In this document: piece after piece, positions 12,307 to 25,593 of the stretch
Layout: each line of letters opens with the position of its first letter
How positions within the stretch are numbered: the stretch's first letter is position 1
Origin: Dudresnaya verticillata
Lineage: Eukaryota
DNA length: 64,000 nt
Direction: 5' to 3'
NCBI GenBank assembly: GCA_977862235.1
Contig: OZ374557.1
Coordinates: forward strand, 806,001-870,000
The notes under the pieces: model-generated
What the model was told of the DNA's origin: nothing
What the model saw: only the letters and a program-made list of their open reading frames with translations
The model's database searches: none
Position numbers and translations under genes: made by a program

Positions 12307-15300
12307 AGAGGGGGGAGCCGGGTTCGGTTGACCCGATCACTCAGGTTACATCGGAAACCCCCGATCGATTCGCTGAACGCAGCTTCACTAGCACAAGCTT
12401 CGACAGCTTCTCCACGGATCGACCGGTTTCACATGAGAATGTCGCTTCTGTTCCGAAGAACATCTTAACCCGCCCCATGGGCTTACCCCGTGGGCGTACG
12501 TATGATGAGTATTGTAAGGACCCAGTCGGTTCCCTGTCACGCTACAACTATAAAGTTGCTGCATCCGTCGGGACTTCTGTGGACAAACTCACTCAAGTAC
12601 TATCCGTATTGGATACAGGGGCTGGCCCTAATCTGATCCGGGCGGAAGTTCTTTCTCCGGAAGAAAAGAAGCGCATCTCGACGAACAGGTCGATCATCAA
12701 CTTGACGTATACGTCAAGTCATAGACTAACTGCACTGGGAACCATCTCGCTGGCTGTACGCGTGGGCTCATACACGGTTCGACAACCTTTTGTTGTCGTC
12801 AAGGCACTTGCAGTGGACGCCATCCTGGGATGCACATTTATCGATACCCATGTCGAGGGTCTACGAGTTCGGAAACAGAACATCGTTCTCCGAGACGGGT
12901 CGATACACCCTATCCTAAGGCGCCGTTGCGGCATTCCCCGTGAAGGTCCACCCTCAGAACCAATGGATGTCCCTCCTTTAACTACCTCGCGACTAATACG
13001 CGTCGCCACACGCACTAACTTACCGCCGGGCAGTGAGACATGGGTCGCCGTGACCTGCTCGGCCCAAGGAAAGCACTTCCTAGAATCATTTCCACGGTTA
13101 TACGACCGTCAACACATGGTCGTGACAAACGGTATCGTCGATCTACAATCGAATCGGCTCTTCCACGTGAAGGTTGCGAACTTCTCGCCGCGCATGCAGC
13201 AGCTTCAGAAGAATCAAAGCCTCGGGAAGGCTGTACCGGCGCCCACCCGGACGCCGGTGTACGCTGTTTCCATCGAGGAATCTGATCCTGACCCCAATCC
13301 TGACACCTCCGTGTCCAGTCCTCAACCGGACACATTCCCCGATGGGGGGCGGGACTCGCTGCGGGACTCGTTGCTGATCTTGGTAGCGAAGGCGCAAAGC
13401 CCGAAATTAAAACAGCAACCTCTACACCGTCTCCCATGTCAGTCGATGACTCGGCACTGGAGCACCTGTCCGAACCGGACCGTCTTCGGCAACCTCTACA
13501 CCGTCTCCCATGTCAGTCGATGACTTGGCACTGGAGCACCTGTCCGAGCCGGACCATCTTCGAGTACGAAAAATGCTCCGACCGTTCGCCGGTATGTGGG
13601 ACGGCCAGCTGGGAACAATCAAGGTGACGAAGCACCGAATTGAACTACAAGAAGGTTCGAAACCTGTATTCTCGCAACCCTATCGGTCGGGCCCGAAAGC
13701 TAGACGAGTCGAACAAGACGAAGTAGACAAGATGCTAAAAGAAGGCGTCATCGAGCCTGCTTGCACGGAGTTCCGTAGTGCTGGTCAAGAAACCCGATGG
13801 GTCCCTACGTTTCTGCGTCGATTACCGCCAGCTCAACGCTATCACAGTGAAAGACACTTATCCTCTCCCGCGGATGGACGAGTGTCTGGACTCGCTGGGA
13901 AACATCCAATAATTTACAACCTTGGATTGTAATTCTGGGTATTGGCAAATTCCAGTCGAGGAAGATGACAAGCACAAAACGTCTTTCACTTGCCATGCCG
14001 GATGCTTCCAGTTTTGCAGAATGCCCTTCGGGCTCTGTAACGCTCCCGCGACCTTCCAACGTACGGTTGATATCCTACTCTCCGGATTCAGGTGGAAAAC
14101 CTGTTTAGTCTATTTGGAAGACATCATTATATTCTCGACGACGGTCGACGAACACCTCAAACACGTGAAGGACATTCTAGAAGTACTGCAAGAAGCAGGC
14201 GTTTCGCTGAAACTAAAGAAGTGCAACTTCTTCACGAAGAGCGTTGATTAACTAGGGCACGTGATCCGCCCAGGATTGCTAGAATTGGCAACCAAGAATA
14301 CCCAAGCCGTCGAAGGGTTTAAGGAGCCGAAGACTCAGACCCAGACCCAATTACGGTCATTTATTGGAATCTGTAATGTGCACAGGCGCTTCGTGCCTAA
14401 CTTCGCGCGCGTGGCGGCCCCGCTCAACGCACTCCTACAAAAGGATCAGGGCTTCGAGTTGACAACGTTCGACGAACGTCATCGAGAAGCGTTTGAACTT
14501 CTCAAGAAAGCGTTAGTCGCTCCACCGATACTGCGGCTCCCTCAAGAAGGTAAGGCTCTCTCCGTCGACACGGACGCCTGCGATTACCAAATCGTGAGCG
14601 CATTCATGCAAATGGAAGAAGATGGCACCCGAAATCCCATAGGGTTTTGGAGACGCGGCCTAACGAAGGCGGAGAAGAACTACTCGGTAGGCGAGAAAGA
14701 ATGCCTAGCAGTGGTCTCGGCAACGCAGATGCTTCGTCCATATTTGGAGCGGTCCCATTTCGACCTGTATACGGACCATCAAGCTTTAAAATGGATGATG
14801 AGCATGACCGATGCTTCGGGGCGACTGGCCCGTTGGAGGCTACGCCTGTTGGAATATGATTTCACGGTACAATACCGAAAAGGAAAGAAGAATCAGATCG
14901 CTAATGCCGTCTATCGGCTGCCAACCTACGGCTTTACCCAGTGGGAACCGGACCTCGAGATCGAGTTTTGTAATCGAAGACGATCGAAGGGACGCCTGCG
15001 ACGAACGGTCGCCAACGCGGAAACCGGGAACGGGTGCACCACCCGACCCTTAGAGGTTTGGGAAGTCGAACCTCGGGACGACGACCCTTCGGATGACGAA
15101 CAGCTAATAGCTCAGGTGGCCGACAAGGAATCACCACAGAAGGGTCTCTCCCTCATAACAGTGGAGGAGCTGCTCCGAGAGCAAAAATCAGACGACTTCG
15201 GCGTCTGGGTCCGGCGGAACCTCGAGAAGGGTAAGCCTGGTTGCTATCTCGAGGATAGGAGAGGACTCCTTGTGCGCAAGTCGTATGTAGACCATGTGCT

Positions 15301-16861
15301 ACAGGTACTCGTACCTAGATAGCTGAAAGAAAAGGTTCTACACCTAGCGTACTACCCGGAGTTGGCCGGCCACCCTGGTGGCACCAGGATGTATCACAAC
15401 CTTCGACGACAGGTATATTGGCCTGAGATGTCTCTGGACGTGTACGCGACAGTAAGGAATTGCGTCAAGTGCGCTCAAGAGCGCGTCCAACTTCGAAAAC
15501 ACACTTCCCGCATGAAGTTATTCCCGGCAACGTTGCCCTTGGAATTCATAGGGATCGACATCCTTGGGCCCCTGCCCCGTTCAGGCAAAGGAAACGAGTT
15601 CCTCCTAGTCATGACTGACAGATTCTCAAAGCTCACGCGGGCAATACCGTTGAAGACAGTGACGGCCTATACGGTGGCCAAGGTTTTCTGCGAGCATTGG
15701 GTTTTCATATATGGCCCACCCCGTTACGTCCTTTCGGACAATGGTTCGCAATTCGCGTCCAAGTTCTTCCTCGTGGTGTGCGACATCCTTCGAATTAGGA
15801 ATACGTTTACGTCAACCTATCATTCGCAGACGAACGGTCAGACAGAACGATTTAATCGTACCCTCCTAGCGGGTTTGCGACACTTCATCACCGAAGATCA
15901 GAAAGACTGGGACGAGTTTACCTCTGCGTTAACGTACGCGTATAACACTACTGTACATCGGGCTACAGGCCTGGCGCCCTTCGATCTGGTGTTATCTAAC
16001 CCCCCGACATCCATATTAATGGAACAAGCAGAGACAGTGGACTTCGACCACGTACCGTCGACTAACGTTAAGAAGCGGCTGACTCTACGCTTAGAGAAGC
16101 TGATGGATACGGCCTTGCCGCGGATGAAGTTAGCGCAACGGCGCTACGAAACGAATTTCAATAATCGGATTCGACCGGCTAACCAGAAAGTGAGACCTGG
16201 GTCTTGGGTTTTCCTAGAGAGGGAAACGAAGGTGAAGGACGCTTCAGGTGTGGCCCGCTAAGGGAACTTGTTCCCTAAGGCTCTCGGGCCGTATAAGGTT
16301 CTAGAACGTGGAACGCACGTTGTCGTTCTAAGCATCAAAGGAGATAGAGAGACGATATCTCTGGACCGGGTTACCTTGGCCCCCTCGCCGCATGAAGAAC
16401 CAAGCGCGCAGGGTCAAGACCCTTCAGTAGTGGACCTCACGCCACAAGGCGCAAATGCGGATAGCGGTCCTCACACTCCCGAGAGACAGGGAGTTACCAA
16501 TATTAGGGATGACACGTCCCCCGCGGTGCCACCTGGTGAGGAGACACCGATGCAGGGCCCACAGGAGACAATTGTAACACCTCCCAATTCGGATAATGAT
16601 CCTGGAAATATTGAGCCAAGTCGCACGGCGACGGCTCCCGATGAGCGCTCTCCCGTGCGGACGTTTTCCCGCTTGAAGAAAGCGCCGCCGCGCGAACGCG
16701 TGTATGATCGCATTGTGTCGTATGACGCCGATCGGCGCCTTTACCGAATTCGGTGGTTTCAGCTCCCAGCATCCGAAGACACCTGGGAGCCCAAGGAACA
16801 TCTTCCTCATAACTTGGTGGACAGGTACCACCGAGCCAAAGGGATCGTCCTCCCGCCATAA
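12297..16861 (+). pseudogene. pol: pol of element B (PR, RT, RNase H, integrase, chromodomain), with stops and frameshifts
   Basis: VLDTGAGPN; YLEDII (mutated YLDD); DTDAC; GHPG...CVKC; IDILGP...SDNGSQF...NGQTERFN; chromodomain YRIRWFQLPASEDTWEP. Confidence 0.95.
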
Positions 16862-17273
16862 GCGCCCCACGCGAAAGCAATAGCTCAATGGGACCCGTCG
16901 AAATCGTTCGAGCAACGCGACCTGGAGCCAAGTCGCCTAAAAGAGGCTGAAAGATACGATGACGTAGCCTAAGTTGGATTACGCGTGCCTGGTTAGGCAT
17001 GCGTCACTCGGGACACCGGCCCCTGTCTACGACAACAATCGCCGGTTGAGGCTAGATCTAGTCCTGCGGGCCTATACTCCAGCTTGCGGATAAGCACCTA
17101 TCGAGGCTCAGCCACTGGACAAGATAGACACTACGCTCTGCAGTAGCGATAACAAGAACGGCCAATGGGCCTATGTATAACAATAGGGAATGCGAATGAC
17201 CATTCCCCCTTTTTAATCTGTTAAGCTGACTAACAACCAAATGTATAGATGGAAATAGAAGAGTCAAGACTGT

Positions 17274-17411
17274 GGAAATGGATAGATGATTCAAGAATCA
17301 AGATTCTGGATAGATGGGCTGTATAGCCACATGGATAGATGCGGAAATGGATAGATGACTCAAGAATCAAGATTCTGGATAGATGAGCTGTACAGCTACC
17401 TGGATAGAGGC
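17274..17411 (+). repeat. About 69-bp tandem duplication in the 3' noncoding region of B
   Basis: GGAAATGGATAGATGA(T/C)TCAAGAATCAAGATTCTGGATAGATG... occurs twice. Confidence 0.8.
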
Positions 17412-18256
17412 GAACCATGAACGTTGCTCGAATGAGGAACATGAGGATTTAGATCCTGAGTGAGGGCCTACGCCCGGGGCGAGCCCCGCTATAAGTTGAC
17501 CAACTTCGTCGAAGTCCAACCTCGGTGACGCTGCTCGCGAGTATGACGCATGCGTGCACGCTTTCGCGCCCCCGACGGGGCATTACAGGCTGAAATAGGG
17601 CCAACCCTTTGAGCGTCCATTACGGCTACGACAGGAATGCCGAAGCAGGCGCGAAGAGCCTCTAAGATATAGTGTCCTCGTCGAGGGAAGCCTCCTTGGC
17701 AATAACCCCTGGAGCATCGGGCGAAACCAAGGCCGCGTAACCACGCTCAACAGCGCGACTAGCCTGCGAGGCGCTCGCTTCGCGCCAAAAAGCGCTACAG
17801 TACTGCCACTCGCTACTGTAGAGCTGAACAACTGCCGCTGATAGGTCACCACAGCCAGGGAGGCGGAATGGGGCTCCAATGGGGAGTCTCTAAATCAGCA
17901 TCTCACCGCTTCGGCTGCAGTGTTCTTCAAAGCCACTGTAGCATGCGGTAGCGCATTGCTGGTACCCTCTCACCCCACGAGTGGCGCCAGGGAGGCGGAC
18001 TGATCACCCAATAAGGGGTTGTCCCACGGCTCGTGGTGCCACACAGCCCGCAAGCTCAAAGCACCCACTGCCACTATTCTGGCGCTGAACCACAGCGATG
18101 CAAATCCGCTAAGTCCCAGAGTGGGAGTACTATCATGCCGCACAGGCGCGTACCGCCTACCAAAGGCCGTGAGTCTAAGCATACAAGACGGATTTATTTT
18201 GCGGACTAGCCGCTCACATGTGTAAGGCAATAAGCCTGGGGCTAGTGCGCGACGCG

Positions 18257-19132
18257 CTAGTCAGAAAGTAGGTCAATGACCTCGTTCTCCTCGAGCGGAG
18301 GATTGGGACCAGACGTCGCCCGAGTTGTCGTGCCACGACGCACTTCGCGCACTACTCTAGCCCCACGCCCACGACGAGGGCCGCGACCCCGACGTCCGCC
18401 GAAGCCTTCACTGGCTGAGCCATCGCGGCCAAAACCCTGTCCCTCGATGTCCATCGGCGCACCCTCTCGCTCCCCCTCGCCCTCCCTGGGCTCGATTTCA
18501 TCTCAGTCCTTGAGAAGGAGTTCGGTCTTCACGATGACTTCAGAAGTCGTCGGAGCAGACGTCGCCGGCTCAACTGCCGCCTCTGGGGGTACAACACGTC
18601 CCCCTTTCGCCTCGATAGGCTTGGTCGCGGAAGAACTGCCAAGCGGAGGAGCCGCCGATGCTGACGTAACGCCCCTTCGGCAATAACACCTCGACGCTGT
18701 GGGTAATCGAGACCAGGTGTGGTCAGGAGCGCGACGTACGCAGCCATCCTCGGCGGACTCGGCTGCTGAGCCTGATCCGGATCCCGGAGCGCCCCGAATC
18801 AAGATCCGCTACCCGGGGCTGCTGTAAGCCTGCATTACAGCGGTCCGGACCGACTGGACCACCAGTGGACCAGATGGGCCGAGTGGTCCATATAATTGGA
18901 CCGCGTGGGCCACATTGTGGACCGATTGCTCCATGCAAACCTCGGATTCGTTTTGACACCCGATGGGTATCACCCTACGTTTTGTTCCGGAGTTCTGAAC
19001 GAAAACAAAGAAAAAGTCAATAACGCCGTTGACTACCCCGGCCTTTACACAATTTAAGTGTACTTGAATCCTCGTTCGGATACCTGAGAGGGTCACACCT
19101 TCACCCTGAAGATTGGTTTGGCTGTTCGTCAC
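18257..19132 (-). pseudogene. Antisense extra ORF of element B, unknown function
   Basis: ORFs 18809-19132, 18503-18802 and 18257-18454 share one frame separated by single stops; just inside the PPT/3' LTR, opposite to pol. Confidence 0.5.
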
Positions 19133-19467
19133 AGGTCGTCGTACTTATTGCCACTTCGGCTTTGAAATCTACGTCCCGAGTGCGGGATATAGCCAGAAAA
19201 ACGGCGCGTTATGCCGAAACGGGCAAACCGAGAATTGGAAACGCGCCGACACGCGATAATTTCAACCAGCCGCTCGAGGCTTTCACGCGAAACCGATACT
19301 GAATGCCCGTCGAGACGAGAAGCCCGACGCCGCGACGGACGTTTTGGTGGCGGTAACAACCGCCCTCAGCGGGCCGTTGGGGACGTCCACAACGCGTCCG
19401 CACCGCCAGGGCCAATGGAAACAGCCTTGCTGGCTTCGTGGGTCTCCTAGCTTTACAAAGGGGGCCG

Positions 19468-20158
19468 TGTGGTACAATGAACCGCCAGCGGCTGTAAGCA
19501 CGTGCACGTGTTTTGCGCCTGTAATCCGTGGGTAATATTGCGCGTGGCATGCGCCTGTAAGGCGCTGCACGTACTGGTGCGCTGTAAGGCCCGCATACAT
19601 TGCTGGCCACTCTGTACGGCATTGCTTGGAACAGCACGACGCCAATGAGATGGCTAGCCGTGATTGGCTGATTTACCATGGTGTTACGCGCAGGAGCGCG
19701 TCCGAGTCATAAGCACCTTACGTGCGCAGGGCGGAGTACGACCGCTCACTACCTCATTGTAATTATTAACGCTAACTTCAATAGCTTAGAATAGGAATAG
19801 CGGCGAAGGCACTTTCGGTCTTCGCCATATTTATTGCGCCCCTGACTAGCAGGGGTCTGCTGAATAGAACCCTACGGTGGGTTTCGGGTCTGTACTCTTT
19901 CTTGGATCTACACGGGCTCACCGTACTCCCCCTTCCAGGTGCTTTACAAGCTTTAGCCTCCTACGGCTTTGTACTCTACGAGTGTTAGTGTGGCGCCGCC
20001 CCTTTTCCCTTTCTTTCAGGCACGCTAGCCTTTTTCCCCTTTTCCCTCAAGTCTCTACCAACTCCCCATTGAGCTACCCTCGTTAGGGTGTGTGCGCGCA
20101 CGGGACAGCTGTCCTTTCCGTTTAGCGGGCTACTGGCTCGTCACGCCATACTACTACA
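19468..20158 (+). repeat. 3' LTR of element B (691 bp)
   Basis: TGTGGTA...TACTACA, preceded by PPT and followed by TSD. Confidence 0.93.
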
Positions 20159-20723
20159 TGTGGGTGTCTGCGTGTGTCGCAGGGTGAAGCCTGCCCGTTT
20201 TTGAATGGAATTTGCCGCCCAAAATGCAATGGTGCGATCGAAATGGCTCGTGCGCTAATGGTTTCCGAGCTTTTCAAATGTTTGTGCGGTTCGGCTACCA
20301 TTTCTGGTCAATGTTGGCAAAAAATAACTACAATTCTGATCCAAATTACCGTGGTGATTCAGAAATAGACGGGATGACGATATCCCATATCAGCACTGCC
20401 CCGTAGTGCGATATCGGGTTTCGCCTTGCCCCACAGTGCGACAGGCGGCTATGAAGGCCCACCGATGGTCGAGACTCCATCAAAAACTGAAGCATCATTG
20501 TGTTCCCTGCGCAATTCATCCTGCTCAGTAACTCCCACGAGGTCTCGGTTATGATGGTTTGAACATATGCACGGCATCAAGCTGTACCCCATTCGACAGG
20601 AAATCTGGCCAACTGGCGCATTCCCCACTCCCTCCGGAGTGAGCGTCTTCATACAAGCGGTTCACTCCTCGCCCGTATCGCGTCACCATGCTCTTCAGTT
20701 TTCCATCATCAGTTTCTTGATGG

Positions 20724-21344
20724 CTAGTACGGGACGTCGCATGCAAGGTTGGTCACTCGCATTCTTCTTGTGGCAGCGATGATGCTATTACCTCGGTTTG
20801 CATCGTCATCAGCGAGCCCCACCCTACCCATCTCATAGCTCTGCTCTGCGTAAACACGTTCATCACCGAGAGGAGCACTTCCCGAAGATCTGACATCACC
20901 AGTATCCAAAGATGCTTTAGAAAGATTCAATCTTCTAGTACGGAGGCCACAATCGAGAAAGTTACTTTTGCTGACCGTATCCTCGACTACTACTATCATC
21001 AAATCACCTTGACGGAGCATACGCAAGACGTCGGCCACGGCATCATAGCGCTCTACTGCCAAAGGGTCTGTGGCAGTATGTCTGTCTTTCCCTTTATACT
21101 TCGATTCCCAAGCTACTTTCGAAGTACTCGTAGTCTTTCGTGTTGTTCCAAGGGTCTGTGTGAAGAGTCTACGGAGAGCAACTCTGTGCTGCGGTACGTG
21201 CAACGCCGCGGCTACCGTTGCTGCCAGTGTTCTTGGTCTCCTGTAATCTCCCCTACTGACTTTTAGCACTGCCGAGACTATAGAACAAGCCGGCAGTAGG
21301 GAACTGCTCTCACGATCCGCATCATCTTCTAAACACACCACCAC
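20724..21344 (-). pseudogene. Unidentified protein-like ORF remnant
   Basis: 206-codon frame with globular-looking composition; flanking frames have many stops; no family recognised. Confidence 0.25.
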
Positions 21345-22402
21345 ACTTTAGTCTTCCGACAAGCCTCACCCAGGAATACCACACCGTCCATGTCATCCTA
21401 GGACCCCGTTGAGCATATTTCTAAATATTGCAATAGCCCATCACTGTCAATCCCAGTTCCTGATCTTCGACGAAAATGCGTTTTCCGGGGACGGTCTGAT
21501 TCCCAACATGGTGCTACTGGAGTTGCTGGGTTAGTTCCCAGCAATGGCATTCAGAATGCTTTTGCATCCTCATGCAACTTGGCGAGCAGTTCTCAGTCAT
21601 CAGCGTGGCACGCGACTTCGCGAAATACCATTTAGCACCCGTAGCCTCTCGAATTGGGAGGAGCATGCGGCCGGCTGCAAAACCCATGCTCAGGGCTGGC
21701 AGGTGTCTCTTTGGGTTCCGGTTCTGTTTGGGTTCGGGTCACAGAGAATATTCGACCCGGCCATATCGCCAACTGTTGTCAATAGGTCATTGGTCATGGC
21801 AACAGAAATGGGTCTGGCTCGAGGTGAGGAGAAGAGAGCACCACTTGGCATGTTCTTCTTCGGTAGAGAGTAGATTTATTGGCGCGACATGACCAATGAG
21901 GGCTTGGGTTCCATACGTTAGTGCTTTAGCGCCATACGTTAAGTGTTTTAACGGCATATGGAGTACAGCCACTGGCTGAGCAGAGGTTCCACTGGCCACA
22001 CCCTGGGAGGGACAATGGACGTACGGAGCACTAAAGTAGCCCAGGTATCCTACTGTCAAGAACGTTGCGTTTTTGATCACTTTTTTCCAGTTCCCGACAT
22101 GCGGGGGTCGCAACGTGCGTGCAGCAATAGGCAGATTTGGCGTACAAATCTTTTCGTCTGCAATGCCAGAGGTTGTTCGACTGCGGCATTACTGCGGGTA
22201 TTGCGTGTGCTTGCCTTGCTTACCTTAACGACTTCACACGCAAAAACATTATTAGTATTAGAAGAACAATTTAAAGAATACTACGACACAGACAAAAAGA
22301 CTTCATATTGCAGCTAGCGTTTTCGAAACAACAGAACGCCGCGTCAATAGGTGATGCACATCAACAACCTGGGGTGGTAGGAATACGCCTAGTATATAAG
22401 CA

Positions 22403-23653
22403 TTAAGTTCGAGCACTCACCGAGCGCCGGAGTGTCCCTCGCATCAGTTTGAAAACACTGTGGAAGGCAACTTGAATCATCTCTGGGTACGACACATCAT
22501 ACATTGTGAGCGTAGTCCCATCGTCGTGTTCCGATTCCTTCCAGATATGAGTGAAAACAGCATTGACAACCTTCACGCGCCTAACACATTTCACGAACTG
22601 GCCGCAGTACTGCTCGTAGCTCAGCGATTCACCCCACAACCGGATCTTGTGGTTCGGGGTGCCACAAGGCAATGCACCCGGTGGACACAAAACACGAGCA
22701 ACAACTCCCTGTTCATGAATCAGGTCTTCGCGGGACACTCCAGCCGCAAGCAAATAACTCTCTTCAACACACACACTTCCATCATCATTCGGGCTGGGAG
22801 ACTCTTCAGTAGTAGGTGTGCTGACCGCAGGGCTAACCTCTGCACTTGGGCTCGTCTCTACTGCAGCAGTGGGAGAGAACTGCATTGTCGGTTCGGGGGC
22901 GTCCGATGGGCTCCCTGTATCAACAGGAGATGTGCTTTCGCTTGTTGGCATTACGGTGGGCTCGACAGTCGGAGACGAACTGGCTGGGATTGGAAGTGGT
23001 ATTTCGGACGCCTTCGGGGGGTCAGTCTCTGAGACTGGTGGGGACGGCATTTCAGAAGGTATTTCAGTCTCCATAGGTGAATCTGTAGGTACAGGGGTGA
23101 TGGGGATCGGGGACGGCGCGATAGTAGGAGTGACAGACGGTGAGAGGCCAGGTGTCAGCGAAGGTGAGGGTGATGGGAGCGGAGAACTGAGATCAAGGGC
23201 AGTAACAGATATTTCCCAGCGTTTTGAGCATGTACATGGGTCACTCGTGTCAGTCTTGCGACGAGGAGCGCAGGATGTAGGGTCGAAAAACTTCTGTCCG
23301 GAGGATACTGGCGTTGAGGAGTACACGAGTCGGGTCGTAAAGTTGAGCAGTTGCTGCCGATAGCGACAACCACCTCGAACACCCACGAAGAAGTCACGAC
23401 TTGGAAGAGCAGTGCAGCAGCAGCCCGAACGCTCCTGCAGGCCCGGCGAGTTGCACTCTTTGATGCATGCTTCGATAGCACGAGACTCAGAACCACAAGA
23501 AGATTCTTTTCGTTCTCCATAGAAGAAAAGAGCCTGTGTGGTAGCAAAGTAAGCTTGGTTATCTTCGGTCGCAGGAATTGTCCGAGGTGAGGCAGTGCTT
23601 GCATCTATCAGGAACCAGCACAACAAAGCAAGAAACTTGGAGTAGAACCACAT
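22403..23653 (-). CDS. Secreted protein: signal peptide, Cys-rich N-domain, Pro/Ser/Thr stalk, Cys-containing C-terminal domain
   Basis: Intact intronless 416-aa ORF; hydrophobic N-terminus MWFYSKFLALLCWFLIDASTA; PSPSPS tract; C-terminal CVEE...RVLC...CGTPNH...YC...C...VN pattern resembling a family I recall from red algae. Confidence 0.85.
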   Translation of the reverse strand: MWFYSKFLALLCWFLIDASTASPRTIPATEDNQAYFATTQALFFYGERKESSCGSESRAIEACIKECNSPGLQERSGCCCTALPSRDFFVGVRGGCRYRQQLLNFTTRLVYSSTPVSSGQKFFDPTSCAPRRKTDTSDPCTCSKRWEISVTALDLSSPLPSPSPSLTPGLSPSVTPTIAPSPIPITPVPTDSPMETEIPSEMPSPPVSETDPPKASEIPLPIPASSSPTVEPTVMPTSESTSPVDTGSPSDAPEPTMQFSPTAAVETSPSAEVSPAVSTPTTEESPSPNDDGSVCVEESYLLAAGVSREDLIHEQGVVARVLCPPGALPCGTPNHKIRLWGESLSYEQYCGQFVKCVRRVKVVNAVFTHIWKESEHDDGTTLTMYDVSYPEMIQVAFHSVFKLMRGTLRRSVSART

Positions 23654-24207
23654 GTTTGGGAGCAGAATCCGGTAATGGGCAAGTTAAGCAAGGCAGGATC
23701 ACTGTATGCCAGCTTTGGTAAGTAATGGAGGGAGGAAGAGGGAGAACGCTCAACGGGGAAGTGCAGGCGAGTGACGGAGCATTAGCAAGGAGGGTGGGTG
23801 TGGGAATGAAAACCACGCAGGGAGTGGAAAACAGATAGAAAATTAGTGTAATCAAGAATTGGCAGAAAATTGCGAAGGAGATTCGGCTACAGTTCACGTC
23901 AAGAGCAGGATCTGCAACTGTACTGTACTACTGTACAGTAGAGAGCTTACGGCCCGACATTTCTGCAAATGGATGACCAAATCAAATAAATAATTACAGC
24001 ACTTACAGATGTTTGCTCATGACTGCAAATGCCCGTGGCAAGATTTGCTGAAATGTGGCCGTTCGGTCATGACGCGTGCGCAAATCTTTCCCGCCATTTC
24101 GCCAAGTGCGTACCACAAAGTGTACCACAAACGAAGTCCACGCACTCACAAAGGGAACCGGGACTTGCACTGCAGCCTGCCACCTTGCCTCTTCCTCACC
24201 GATCAAC

Positions 24208-24913
24208 ATGGCTGTCGTCGCCATCGATGCGGACAAGCCCAAAGCCGACCCGCCCCCACCGCAACCGTCTACGCCTTCCCCCGACGACAGCACCGACGCC
24301 GTCGTCACTCATCCAAGCGAGGCTGTTCAGAAGAGCAAGAAGGGCAGGCGTCCAAAGTTCTCCGCCGACCAGGGCCTCGCCATCCTGCGAGAGGTCGCTG
24401 CCTGCAAAGCGCACATCGCATCGTACGGCAGCAGAAAGGTTCTCTTCCAGAAGGCAGCTGACGGTTGCAACAGAAACCATCACTTCAGCGCTGAGAAGGT
24501 GGACTACAAAGCCATGCAAGATCGCTACACAAGGCTGCAGAGGGACTTCGACAGTATGGATAGGAAGGAGAGTTTGATGTCTGGAATAGGTCGGGAGATA
24601 GGCGAGGCTGAGAAGTTACTCAGCATGATGAAAGAGGCGCGGGTTTGGACACGCGGGATGCGCAAGAGAACTTGAAAAGGAGGAGTCCAGGGTGCGAAAG
24701 GAAAAATGCTAAAGGCCAGCGCAGAGCTGGTCAGGATGGCGATGGGTAGGAACTCGACTAGCAGTAGCGAGTCTGAGCGAGAGGGGCAAGGCGCCGTAGT
24801 GCGAGGTGGGTCGGCGAGGAAGAAGAGGCGTGTCGTCAACCATGGTGAACGGCTGGACGGGGAGCTGGACAGGTTTTAGAAGTCTCTTCAGGGCGCGGAG
24901 ATGGAGCAGCTAG
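24208..24913 (+). pseudogene. Harbinger accessory Myb/SANT-like protein, 5' part
   Basis: RRPKFSADQGLAILREV...LFQKAA...VDYKAMQDRYTRL...SGIG; reads EMEQL up to the TSD of C. Confidence 0.8.
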
Positions 24914-25588
24914 CGTGGTGAAGTGAGCCGTGGCGCGCATGCGGCACGCCGACGGCGAGCCAACCGTAACGGGTGATGCGGCAATACGCCACGCTGATGA
25001 TCTGGCAACGTGTAACCGTGTCGGATGTTGTGCGCATTGCTGTACGCGGGTACGCATTTCTGTACAGCAGTGTAGCGCACCAGCCATACCGGAGCATTTG
25101 TAGTGTTTATTCTTTATTTTTAGTGAGTATCTGTACAGTATGTAGAGTAGTGCGCCAGCCAATAAGAACGCTGCGCATGTCCGTGTCGGAGATTGGGACC
25201 AGCAGGGCCGATTCCACCATAGGACCAGACCACTAGGGTCTGGCCCCCACGGACCGGACCGCTCGGTGCCACCCTGACTTGTATATCAGGGCGGCACCGC
25301 AGCGGCTCCTAAGGTAAACGGGTAAGCAACCTTAGCCCAATCCTTTACGGTTTTCCCCGCGCCGATCCCGTTGCGGTCTACCACCACCACCGTTACGGAG
25401 TCCGTCCCGGCACTTGTACCACCCCCTTGTCTGTTGCTTCCCAATATGCGTCTCGGTAAGCCGCTCGCTGTTCTCCCGTCTCGGTGCGAACTGCTCTACC
25501 ACCCCGTGGAGGTAGTGTTGCTCTCGTCCGTTAAGGAAAGTCATGCCAGCTGTCCGTCTCGGAGTTCGTGGGTTTTCACTACACCACA
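24914..25588 (+). repeat. 5' LTR of element C
   Basis: Direct repeat of 35603-36277, about 16 substitutions by eye. Confidence 0.95.
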
Positions 25589-25593
25589 TCTTT

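Larger units (their letters stand above)
11181..20158 (+). mobile_element. Ty3/Gypsy chromodomain-bearing LTR retrotransposon B, 5'-deleted
   Basis: TSD TGTGG at 11176-11180 and 20159-20163; LTR copies at both ends; PPT AAAGGGGGCCG before 19468; PR-RT-RH-IN-chromodomain. Confidence 0.95.

Noticed and set aside
9392..20405. TACGAGGTG (9392) and GCCCCGTA (about 20398-20405) as TIRs of the pogo element
   Set aside because: Match is too short and imperfect to define the ends
24914..24915. 5' LTRs of C and E start CG instead of TG
   Set aside because: Two single substitutions in elements that already carry a few percent divergence; probably chance
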